In this document: piece by piece, positions 12,007 to 20,264 of the stretch
Numbering within the stretch: position 1 is the stretch's first letter
Layout: each line of letters opens with the position of its first letter
Assembly: GCA_003166335.1 (NCBI GenBank)
Contig: PMWA01000092.1
Location: 27,951-53,908, forward strand
Length of the DNA stretch: 25,958 nt
Direction of reading: 5' to 3'
From: Methanobacterium sp.
GTDB taxonomy: Archaea; Methanobacteriota; Methanobacteria; Methanobacteriales; Methanobacteriaceae
The notes under the pieces: model-generated
Database searches by the model: none
Told to the model about the DNA's origin: nothing
What the model saw: the letters and a program-made list of their open reading frames with translations, nothing else
Position numbers and translations under genes: made by a program

Positions 12007-12606
12007 ATGTTAGAAAATTACAAAGGAATATGCTATAAACCCCATACACAGGTATATGAACCTTCTGAAGACACATTTTTATTTGCAGATAACATAAAAG
12101 TGGAGAGAATGAGCCGTGTGCTTGAAATTGGTACGGGTACGGGAATTATAGCAATTATAGCTGCTAAAAGAGCACGGATGGTGATTGCAACCGACATAAA
12201 CCCCTATGCACTAGAATGCGCTGTTAAAAATATAATCAGAAACAAAGCTTTTAATGTAGAACTACGAGAAGGAGATCTCTTTGAACCCGTAGCTAATGAA
12301 AAATTCGATCTTATTCTATTCAATACTCCCTATCTTCCAAATTCAAATGAAGAAAAAGTTGAAGATGAATTAAATGCTGCATGGGACGGTGGAATTAACG
12401 GTAGAGAAGTTATAGATAGATTCATCCCGGATATTAAAGATCATCTAAATCCTGGTGGTCGTGTGCAACTGGTACAATCATCTCTATCCGATATAAATAA
12501 AACTTTAAAAGATTTGGAAGAACTTGGTTTTAAGGCTTCTGTAACAGCTAAAGAAAAATATTTCTTTGAAGAAGTGGTTGTCATAACTGCATATTATGAA
12601 GTTTAA
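12007..12606 (+). CDS. HemK2/MTQ2 family (PrmC-like) protein methyltransferase
   Basis: VYEPSEDTFL, VLEIGTGTG, FNTPY (NPPY-type) and WDGG motifs. Start 12007 (AGGATGA upstream) or 11995. Confidence 0.9.
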   Translation: MLENYKGICYKPHTQVYEPSEDTFLFADNIKVERMSRVLEIGTGTGIIAIIAAKRARMVIATDINPYALECAVKNIIRNKAFNVELREGDLFEPVANEKFDLILFNTPYLPNSNEEKVEDELNAAWDGGINGREVIDRFIPDIKDHLNPGGRVQLVQSSLSDINKTLKDLEELGFKASVTAKEKYFFEEVVVITAYYEV

Positions 12607-12672
12607 TTTAAATCTAAAATTGATTCCTCTTCTAATTTTCAGGTAATTAAAAATAGGTTTTATAGATAAAAT

Positions 12673-12688
12673 AAATAAAGCTTATATA
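12673..12688 (+). promoter_or_regulatory. Candidate BRE-TATA promoter for the DUF35-cfbA-thiL-radical SAM unit
   Basis: Purine-rich AAATAAAG directly followed by CTTATATA, about 180 nt upstream of ATG 12866. Confidence 0.4.
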
Positions 12689-12746
12689 CTTATAGAAAAT
12701 GACCAAAAATAAAAATAAAAAAATTTAATTTATACTTGATTTTCCT

Positions 12747-12791
12747 AAATATTGTAGATTATAAGAATAAAAAATATTGTAGATTATAAGA
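12747..12791. repeat. Direct repeat: two exact 20-bp copies of AAATATTGTAGATTATAAGA with 25-bp period
   Basis: Copies read directly at 12747-12766 and 12772-12791. Confidence 0.9.
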
Positions 12792-12865
12792 TAAAAAAAT
12801 AACAGAAATTATTAAATTAATATTAATATTTGATAAAATATTATATTTAAAAATGGAGGTTTAAA

Positions 12866-13264
12866 ATGAAAGACATCGTAAGAGGATGGCGTCATATTCC
12901 ACAACGATACAACCTCATAGGATCAAAATGTACCCGTTGCGGAGAAATATACTTTCCGAAAAGAGTAATGTGTCCAGAATGCCGGAGAAAAGGTAAGTTA
13001 GAGAATATAAAATTTAGTGGTAAGGGAAAAATTCATACTTACTCCATTATACACACCCCTACAGAAGAATTCAAAGCATTATCTCCCTATACAGTAGCCA
13101 TAATAGAATTAGAAGAGGGTGCCAAAATAACCAGTCAAATAGTAGACTGTCAAAAAAACGAAGTCAAAATAGGTGACGATGTGGAATTAGTTTTCAGAAA
13201 AATAAAAGAAGAAGGCGATGAAGGAGTAATATCTTATGGATACAAATTCAAACTCACAAAATAA
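12866..13264 (+). CDS. DUF35 family Zn-ribbon/OB-fold protein (acyl-CoA-binding scaffold)
   Basis: WR....RY.L.GSKCTRCG..YFPKR..CPEC Zn ribbon, G.IHTYSII, PY.VAIIELEEG and I.YGYKF end; GGAGGT RBS. Confidence 0.9.
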   Translation: MKDIVRGWRHIPQRYNLIGSKCTRCGEIYFPKRVMCPECRRKGKLENIKFSGKGKIHTYSIIHTPTEEFKALSPYTVAIIELEEGAKITSQIVDCQKNEVKIGDDVELVFRKIKEEGDEGVISYGYKFKLTK

Positions 13265-13694
13265 AATAGGAGTATTATTAGTAGGCCATGGCAGCAGATT
13301 ACCCTATGGAAAAGACATAATAAGCCAAATAGCCGATATTTATAAAGAAAAAACAGATTACCATGTTGCTGTAGGCTTCATGAACATGTCAAAACCATCC
13401 ATACCCGCCGCAATAAACCATCTTGCCACCATTGGCGTAGAAAAAATCGTTGTTACTCCCGTATTTCTAGCTCCTGGAGTACATACCACACAAGATATAC
13501 CCAACATTTTAGGCTTAAATAATATTCAAAGAAAACATAATCATCAGGAAGACCAAGAACATAATCATGGTCATAGCCATGAAGAAGATGTAGATGAAAT
13601 CCAATTTAAAGGCGAAATCATTTACACTGAGCCATTGGGCGCTGATGAAAGAATCGCAAATATAATAAAAGATAGGGTTGATGATGCCCTCTAA
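13236..13694 (+). CDS. cfbA: Sirohydrochlorin nickel/cobalt chelatase CfbA (CbiXS type)
   Basis: LLVGHGSR, PVFLAPGVHTTQDIP and YTEPLGAD motifs with a His-rich insertion; AAGGAG upstream of ATG 13236. Confidence 0.88.
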   Translation: MDTNSNSQNKIGVLLVGHGSRLPYGKDIISQIADIYKEKTDYHVAVGFMNMSKPSIPAAINHLATIGVEKIVVTPVFLAPGVHTTQDIPNILGLNNIQRKHNHQEDQEHNHGHSHEEDVDEIQFKGEIIYTEPLGADERIANIIKDRVDDAL

Positions 13695-14730
13695 AAACCG
13701 TAAAATTTCTGATTTGGGCGAAAAAAAACTTATAAAAAGACTTCTTGAAAAGAGTCAAAAATATCCATTCAAATCTATTTTTTTTGATACTCTATCATTC
13801 AAAAGCCGAAGTGATGATGCAGCAATCTTGAACTTTGGAAAAAATTATTTAGCAGCAACTACTGACTTACTAATCCAGTCAACTCACTTCCCAAGACAGA
13901 TGACTCCCCGACAAATGGGGAAAAAAATTGTGACCGTAAACGTTAGCGACCTCGCTGCCATGGGTGCTGAAAGTTTGGGATTTATAGTAGCCTTGGCTCT
14001 ACCTCCAGATTTAATGCTTTCTGAATTCGATGAAATCTTAGAGGGAATCTTGGAGGCATGTGAAAATTATCAAATGGCCCTTATTGGTGGAGACACTAAT
14101 GAATCAACCGAACTAGCATTATATGGAACCTGTCTAGGAATTGTAGCAAAAGATAAGGTTATGATGAAGAGCGGATCTCAAGTAGGAGATGTAATCGCGG
14201 TTACAGGACCTTTAGGACTTGCAGCGGCTGGATTTGAAATCCTATCCGCTGAAAAATTAAAGTTAAAAAACATAAACCATAATTTTAAAGAACTTGCCCT
14301 TAAACATGCTTTAGAACCCAAGGCACAATTGGAGAAAGGAATTTCATGTTCAAAAACAGGTGCCGTGACATCTGCAACAGACATCACTGATGGTCTTCTA
14401 AGTGAACTTGAAGAACTCATACAAGCTAACCAAACGAACATAGGAATGATCATTTATGAAGATAAAATACCCATACCAGATGAAATCTTTGAACTCGCTA
14501 GTAAAATAGGTAAAGATCCCCTTGAAATGGCTTTATCATATGGTGAAGACTTTGAAATCCTATTAACCATTAAAAAAGACAAATTTCACGAAATAAAAGA
14601 TAAAATTTCACTTTATGAATTAGGTTATGTAACTTCATCCGGACATATTCAAATGATAGATAAGGAAGAAAAAACAGATATATTAATTCCAAAGGGCTAT
14701 GAACACTTTAAAAAAAATGATAAATTTTAA
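13684..14730 (+). CDS. thiL: Thiamine-monophosphate kinase
   Basis: LGEKKLI, DDAA, TTD...THF, NVSDLAAMGA, IGGDT, DITDGL and GEDFE motifs. Start among 13678, 13681 and 13684. Confidence 0.95.
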   Translation: MPSKNRKISDLGEKKLIKRLLEKSQKYPFKSIFFDTLSFKSRSDDAAILNFGKNYLAATTDLLIQSTHFPRQMTPRQMGKKIVTVNVSDLAAMGAESLGFIVALALPPDLMLSEFDEILEGILEACENYQMALIGGDTNESTELALYGTCLGIVAKDKVMMKSGSQVGDVIAVTGPLGLAAAGFEILSAEKLKLKNINHNFKELALKHALEPKAQLEKGISCSKTGAVTSATDITDGLLSELEELIQANQTNIGMIIYEDKIPIPDEIFELASKIGKDPLEMALSYGEDFEILLTIKKDKFHEIKDKISLYELGYVTSSGHIQMIDKEEKTDILIPKGYEHFKKNDKF

Positions 14731-14753
14731 TAAAATTATCTCGGGTGAAAATC

Positions 14754-15761
14754 ATGAGGAAAGAAGCCATACTTTATGAAAAAGTAGGCAAAGCCTTAAA
14801 TTGCAAAATCTGTGAAAGAAGATGCATCATTTCTGAAGGCAAAAATGGTTTTTGTGAAATGAGAGAAAATAATGAAGGTAAAATTTATACCCTTAACTAT
14901 GCTGCAGCATCATCACTCGCTGTGGATCCTATAGAGAAAAAACCATTATTTCACTTCTACCCGGGAAGTACAGTATTCTCGATTGGAAGTGTAGGCTGCA
15001 ATTTCCGGTGTAGGCACTGTCAAAACTGGGGTATATCCCAGTCACAGTTGGAACAAATACCTACCAGAGAAATACTACCAGAAGAAGCTATAAGACTCAC
15101 CAAAGAAAATAGATGCCGATCAATCGCCTGGACCTATAATGAACCCACCATGTGGTTCGAATACTCATTAGATTCCGCTAAAATAGCAAAAAAAGAAGAT
15201 ATAAAAACGATTTATGTAACCAATGGTTACATGACGGAAGAATCCTTCGATCAGATCAAACCATACTTAGATGCTGCTAACATTGACCTTAAAGGCATGT
15301 CCGATAAATTTTATAAAGATTTGTGCGAAGCCCGACTCCAGCCTGTGTTGGATAACATAATAAGGTTTCATGATGCCAAAATACATATAGAAATTACCAA
15401 TTTAATGATACCTGGTTACAACGATTCTGAAGCAGATGTTAATGCATTGGTGAAGTTCATAGTAGATGAAGTCGGAGTGGAGGTTCCCCTACATTTTACA
15501 CGATTCTTCCCTCAATATCGGTTAACAAACCTTCCCCCAACTGAAGTTAGATTATTGAAAAAAGCTCAAACAATAGCCAAAGAAGCTGGTATTAAATATG
15601 TTTACATTGGAAATGCTCCTTCATTGGGGGGAGAGAACACTTACTGTCCTGCGTGTGGAGAGCTTATTATAGAGCGGAACGGCTTCAAAGTTATAAGCGA
15701 CGAGAAAAAGATAAAAGAATGTCCCACTTGTAAATCCAAAATAGATATTGTTACTGACTAA
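14754..15761 (+). CDS. Radical SAM enzyme, AmmeMemoRadiSam system type (PflX/PFL-AE-like)
   Basis: CKICERRC..G.CEMR N-terminal cluster, DPIEKKPLFHFYPG, CNFRCRHC (CxxxCxxC), TYNEPT and C-terminal CPAC/CPTC. ATG 14754 is preceded by GGGTGA. Confidence 0.92.
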   Translation: MRKEAILYEKVGKALNCKICERRCIISEGKNGFCEMRENNEGKIYTLNYAAASSLAVDPIEKKPLFHFYPGSTVFSIGSVGCNFRCRHCQNWGISQSQLEQIPTREILPEEAIRLTKENRCRSIAWTYNEPTMWFEYSLDSAKIAKKEDIKTIYVTNGYMTEESFDQIKPYLDAANIDLKGMSDKFYKDLCEARLQPVLDNIIRFHDAKIHIEITNLMIPGYNDSEADVNALVKFIVDEVGVEVPLHFTRFFPQYRLTNLPPTEVRLLKKAQTIAKEAGIKYVYIGNAPSLGGENTYCPACGELIIERNGFKVISDEKKIKECPTCKSKIDIVTD

Positions 15762-15889
15762 AAAAAATGATGAAGAAATTAATTTGTACATTTTAAAGAA
15801 TTTATTAGAATATTAATGCTGATTAATAGAGTATCTATAACTGTTAAGAGTTTAAAAATTTGATGAATAAATATTTTTTTTTATATTAA

Positions 15890-17173
15890 TTATTTTTGTT
15901 TACTAACTCTCTCGAACTTCTCTTTTTTATCAATTGGCATCGTTGCATCAACTCCTACCTTCGTAGTTGTACCGTCAGGTTTTGCACAAGGATCAAGTGA
16001 AGAACCTCTTGCTCCTGGAATTATCATGATATCTTCATCTCCTTTAACTCGGGTTGCGATGGCGTATTCAATATCATTACTTTTAAAGATATCAATATCC
16101 TCATCAACCACCGCGCAATGTTTTAGTGATGGATGAGCTGTTAAAGCCGCCATTAAAGCATTTTTACCATCACCTTGTGTCTGTTTTTGGATAGAGACTA
16201 CCGCATGCAACCAGCAGCAGCCACCCTCAGTTAAAACTACATTTTTAACTGTAGGGACCGTGTTTTGCACTATATTATATATACGTGGCTCCTGAGGTAA
16301 ACCTTGTAACAGTTTATGTTCAAATCCAGCAGGCATTATGGCATGATATAATGAATCTTTTTTATAATGCATTTTATTTAGTTCGATAACCGGTTCGTTC
16401 CTTATTACATCATAAGTGTCTGTGAGATCTACAAATGGGCCTTCTGCAGCCCTTTCATATGGTAATATTTTACCTTCTAATAATATTTCACATTCAGGCA
16501 CTTCTAAATCAACTGTGTCACATTTTATTAATTTCATTTGACCGTGGTGGAAGTTATTAGCCACTTCCAATTCATCTACGTTAATAGGTATGGATGTGCA
16601 GGATGCTAAAAGAGTGGCTGGATGCATACCTATAGCGATGGCAATTTCTAATGGTTGATCCATCTTTTCTGCTTTCTGGTAGTATGTATACAGATTTCGG
16701 GGAACAATTCTAACTCCTAAACGATTAGTAGTTGATACAAGCATACGATGTATTGATGCATTTCTTACACCAGTCTCCGGATCTTTAGCTATAATCACTC
16801 CCGCTGTAATATAAGGCCCGCCGTCATTTTTGTAATAAGTTAATATGGGAAGTTCTCTTAAATCAGCTTTCTTTGAGACCTGGAATTTCTCATTAGCACT
16901 TTGAATTCTTGTTATAGGTTTGGGATTTCCCATCGCCTCAATTATTCTACTACTTATCTCAGGAACATTTATTGATAATGCGCGGGCGATTTTTGCCCTA
17001 GTATTGCATAAGCCAGATATGATACGTATATTACTTTTTTTAACGTTTTCAAAGATTATAACATCTTTATCATGTTCTTTAAGTATTTTTGAAGCTTCAT
17101 ATTTTGTGGAAATTTTTTCTTCAATTTTTACGACATTGAATTCATTTTCAAGGACTTTTAAAAATTCTCTCAT
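15890..17173 (-). CDS. UbiD family prFMN-dependent decarboxylase (possible anhydromevalonate phosphate decarboxylase)
   Basis: [40 protein letters not shown] and GVDAT motifs of the UbiD family. Confidence 0.92.
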   Translation of the reverse strand: MREFLKVLENEFNVVKIEEKISTKYEASKILKEHDKDVIIFENVKKSNIRIISGLCNTRAKIARALSINVPEISSRIIEAMGNPKPITRIQSANEKFQVSKKADLRELPILTYYKNDGGPYITAGVIIAKDPETGVRNASIHRMLVSTTNRLGVRIVPRNLYTYYQKAEKMDQPLEIAIAIGMHPATLLASCTSIPINVDELEVANNFHHGQMKLIKCDTVDLEVPECEILLEGKILPYERAAEGPFVDLTDTYDVIRNEPVIELNKMHYKKDSLYHAIMPAGFEHKLLQGLPQEPRIYNIVQNTVPTVKNVVLTEGGCCWLHAVVSIQKQTQGDGKNALMAALTAHPSLKHCAVVDEDIDIFKSNDIEYAIATRVKGDEDIMIIPGARGSSLDPCAKPDGTTTKVGVDATMPIDKKEKFERVSKQK

Positions 17174-17252
17174 TTATTCAGACCCACTATAAATTGATTA
17201 AGTATATCTAAATATCTAAATTTTAACTCCATTAATTCATTTAAAATTATTA

Positions 17253-18305
17253 TCAAAAATTCCCTGTTTTACATATACTACTTTTAAACTTTAAAAAATT
17301 ATCTTTTAATTGTTCATTACCTATTCCTAGCAGTTCAGCAGCGAATAAAGCCCCATTTCCTCCGGAATCTATACCCATGGTGGCTACCGGCACTCCTGGC
17401 GGCATGTCCACCATGGATAGTAAAGCATCAAATCCACCCAGTCTAATGTTACACGGTACCCCTATAACAGGTTTTTCCGTATATGCAACTACTGCCCCTG
17501 TAACGTGCGCTGAAAGCCCAGAAATGGCTATAAATAATTTTACATCCTCCACTTGTTCCATAAAATCTTCAAACTTTACAGGATTTCTGATAGGAGATGC
17601 AACTAAAGAATCATAGGATATATTCATCTTATCCAAGAATTTTGTGGTTTTTTTAGCCACTTTTATATCTGAATAGCTTCCAGCAATCACTGCCACGTCA
17701 GGATTTGAATGATCCGACTCATAATTAGACATTTCATTGGAATCTAATGTATGGACTTCAAAAGTCTTTTCTTCTGCAGTATCAAGTTTAAATGATATTT
17801 TAGAGTAATAAGGACCTTTAAGTTTGTCTTCAAGTTTTGCTTCATCTTTATCTACTTTAAAGAAAAAATCTTTTCTCATAGCTGAAAGATTTTCTCTAAC
17901 CTTCATATTATTGATGCCTATTATCTGTGAAGCCAGTATAGCACCGTTTTCACCACGATCAATACCTACCGTTGCCACAGGAGCTCCCAATGGCATCTGC
18001 ACAGATGCAAACATCGCATCCAGTCCTCCTAACTTCACTTCTACAGGTACAGCTACCACCGGCTTATGAGTGTTAGCTGCTATAATTCCTGGAAGATGAG
18101 CTGAAAGCCCAGCTATGCCCATAAAAACTTCTACCCCATTTTTAGTCGATTCTTCAACTATACTCTTAACTTTTTGATGGGTTCTATGAGCCGAGGCTAC
18201 CCGCAAATCATAAGGGATCTCCATAGTTTGCAGGATGTTTATAGCCTTTTCAGCTATAGTAAAATCAGATGCACTTCCCAGTAATATCATAACCTTAGGT
18301 TCCAT
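17253..18305 (-). CDS. purE: PurE (N5-CAIR mutase/AIR carboxylase) with two tandem PurE domains
   Basis: Domain 1: GSASD, SAHRT, AGLSAHLPG, GLDA...QMP.G.PVATV. Domain 2: GSYSD, SGLSAHVTG, GFDALLSMVDMPPGVPVATM. Confidence 0.95.
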   Translation of the reverse strand: MEPKVMILLGSASDFTIAEKAINILQTMEIPYDLRVASAHRTHQKVKSIVEESTKNGVEVFMGIAGLSAHLPGIIAANTHKPVVAVPVEVKLGGLDAMFASVQMPLGAPVATVGIDRGENGAILASQIIGINNMKVRENLSAMRKDFFFKVDKDEAKLEDKLKGPYYSKISFKLDTAEEKTFEVHTLDSNEMSNYESDHSNPDVAVIAGSYSDIKVAKKTTKFLDKMNISYDSLVASPIRNPVKFEDFMEQVEDVKLFIAISGLSAHVTGAVVAYTEKPVIGVPCNIRLGGFDALLSMVDMPPGVPVATMGIDSGGNGALFAAELLGIGNEQLKDNFLKFKSSICKTGNF

Positions 18306-18536
18306 CCTACCACCAGAATATTCCTCAAATTAACCTACAAATAATGAATTATAATTGTTAAACTTCATTTTATAATAAAATAAAACTATCTTATACTAAA
18401 CGTATATTTCACTAAAAAGTTAATAAAGTTTTTTGGTAAAGAATTGGGAAAACAATTAAAAGTACAAATTTATACAATTATTACTAAGCTAAATAAATTC
18501 AGTTTGAAAAAAGAATTTTTTTGAGGTGTACTATAA

Positions 18537-20264
18537 GTGTTATGGATCATTCTATTATTATTTTCTATTATTTCTTCAATTAAAACCATTAATTCCGAAA
18601 ATATGTCTGTGTCAATCATAATACCTGCATTTAACGAAGATAAAACCGTGAGTAATGTAATAAAGGCTGTGAAATCCTTAAATTATATCGACGAAATCAT
18701 AGTGGTGGACGATGGCTCTCAAGATAACACAGCCCAAGTAGCTGAAAATGCAGGTGCTAAGGTAATACAACACCTTAAAAACCGAGGAAAAGGATCTGCC
18801 ATAAAAACAGGTTTTAATAAATCTATCGGAGATATTATAGTTTTTTTAGATGCCGATATTCAAAATTTAACCTCTAAACAGGTTGATAACATAATAAAAC
18901 CAATAATCAATGGAGAAGCGGATCTTACAAAAACTAAATTTAAAAGAGAAGCTGGTCGAGTAACCGAATTAACTGCTAAACCTTTATTAAAATTCTTTTT
19001 CCCTGAAATAAAATTTGATCAACCTCTCAGCGGTCAGTTCGCTGTTAAAAGATCTTTTCTTAATAGAATAAAGTTAGAGGATGATTATGGGGTAGATGTG
19101 GGAATTGTTTTAGATGCAGATGTCAGAGGAATGAAAATTAAAGAAGTGGATATTGGAAAAGTCAACCACATGCTATCTCCACTCAATGACCTTAACATTG
19201 TTGCCACCGAAGTAGTGAGGACTATAGTGGATCGGGCCACTCAGTATGGTCGTGTTACCATGATTGATTCTCTTGGAAAATCAATAAGAATGGAAGTACT
19301 AGGACTTTCCTTAGTTTTTTTAGGACTCTTCACCATATTCTTTGTAAGACCCATTCCATTACAATTAGGAGTGGTAATATCCATATTAGGAACTGCTATG
19401 GCAGTTTTTTATATAATTAAAATACTCAGAATGTCTATTAACATGATGAGAAAACCTGGTGCAAGGTTACAGACATTTAGATCTTTCTTTTACATGCATT
19501 CTCCCATTGTAGTATCTGGAATTATATTGTTAGCTATGATCAGCACGCTCTTTGGTGCAGTTCATTATGAAAATGGAAAAATATCCATTGAACCTAACTC
19601 CCGGAACCTGATTATATCCACTGATAATAGTAACATCTATATAAGAGGCCCTTACACTGTCGAAAGTTCTCTAGACAATGAAACTTCTATTATAAGAATG
19701 CCTCAAGACGCTATGAATACGTTAGAATTTAATTATGGTGACTCAATCTATATAAATGGTCATGATTACACCTTAAACCAGACTCTTCCCGGAGGGGATA
19801 ATGTAATGAGTGTACCCCCCGACGTTATGACTTCTCTTGGATTAAATAGTGGAGATGTAATAATAGATAGTGATATCAGAAATCTATTCACCAATCTTTA
19901 CGCTGAAAAATATCTTCCAATGCAAAATGATAGTAATTTAACTATTAAAGAAGGTGTCATAATAAAACCAGGTCCCGATTATGCCCGTAATGTTAACATA
20001 TACTTGAATAACCAGCAAGTAACTAGCACCGCAGGGATATTTAAAAATGGGACTTATAACGTCTACCTTAATGGGATACTATATAAATCCATTTACTATA
20101 ATGATCAAAATCCCCAAGGCAATTACACTTTATACTATGGGCAAAATGTTATAACGATAGAGATTGATGGCCAAAGCCAATCTGATGTAGCATTTGCATC
20201 TTCAGATGAGGGGTGGTTCCTCAATCTAACTTTTAACAATGAAAGTTTTAACAATGAAGGTTAA
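18537..20264 (+). CDS. Membrane-anchored GT-A glycosyltransferase (GT2/GpgS-like) with TM helices and a C-terminal exterior domain
   Basis: IIIPAFNE, VVDDGS, GKG, FLDAD (DXD), GRVTELTAKPL, QPLSG and YGVD motifs; three hydrophobic segments at about aa 254-342; GTG start with GAGGTG RBS. Confidence 0.9.
   Translation: MLWIILLLFSIISSIKTINSENMSVSIIIPAFNEDKTVSNVIKAVKSLNYIDEIIVVDDGSQDNTAQVAENAGAKVIQHLKNRGKGSAIKTGFNKSIGDIIVFLDADIQNLTSKQVDNIIKPIINGEADLTKTKFKREAGRVTELTAKPLLKFFFPEIKFDQPLSGQFAVKRSFLNRIKLEDDYGVDVGIVLDADVRGMKIKEVDIGKVNHMLSPLNDLNIVATEVVRTIVDRATQYGRVTMIDSLGKSIRMEVLGLSLVFLGLFTIFFVRPIPLQLGVVISILGTAMAVFYIIKILRMSINMMRKPGARLQTFRSFFYMHSPIVVSGIILLAMISTLFGAVHYENGKISIEPNSRNLIISTDNSNIYIRGPYTVESSLDNETSIIRMPQDAMNTLEFNYGDSIYINGHDYTLNQTLPGGDNVMSVPPDVMTSLGLNSGDVIIDSDIRNLFTNLYAEKYLPMQNDSNLTIKEGVIIKPGPDYARNVNIYLNNQQVTSTAGIFKNGTYNVYLNGILYKSIYYNDQNPQGNYTLYYGQNVITIEIDGQSQSDVAFASSDEGWFLNLTFNNESFNNEG
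20231..20258 (+). repeat. Short in-frame tandem duplication TTTTAACAATGAA x2 (FNNE-S-FNNE)
   Basis: 13-bp copies at 20231-20243 and 20246-20258, period 15. Confidence 0.75.

Noticed and set aside
12741..12791. Repeat containing TTGTAGAT, resembling the 3' end of a Cas12a CRISPR repeat
   Set aside because: No complementary TCTAC stem arm, only two copies with a 5-nt gap instead of a spacer, and no cas genes.
17204..17222. ATATCTAA tandem between purE and ubiD
   Set aside because: A very short AT-rich duplication, not distinguishable from background.
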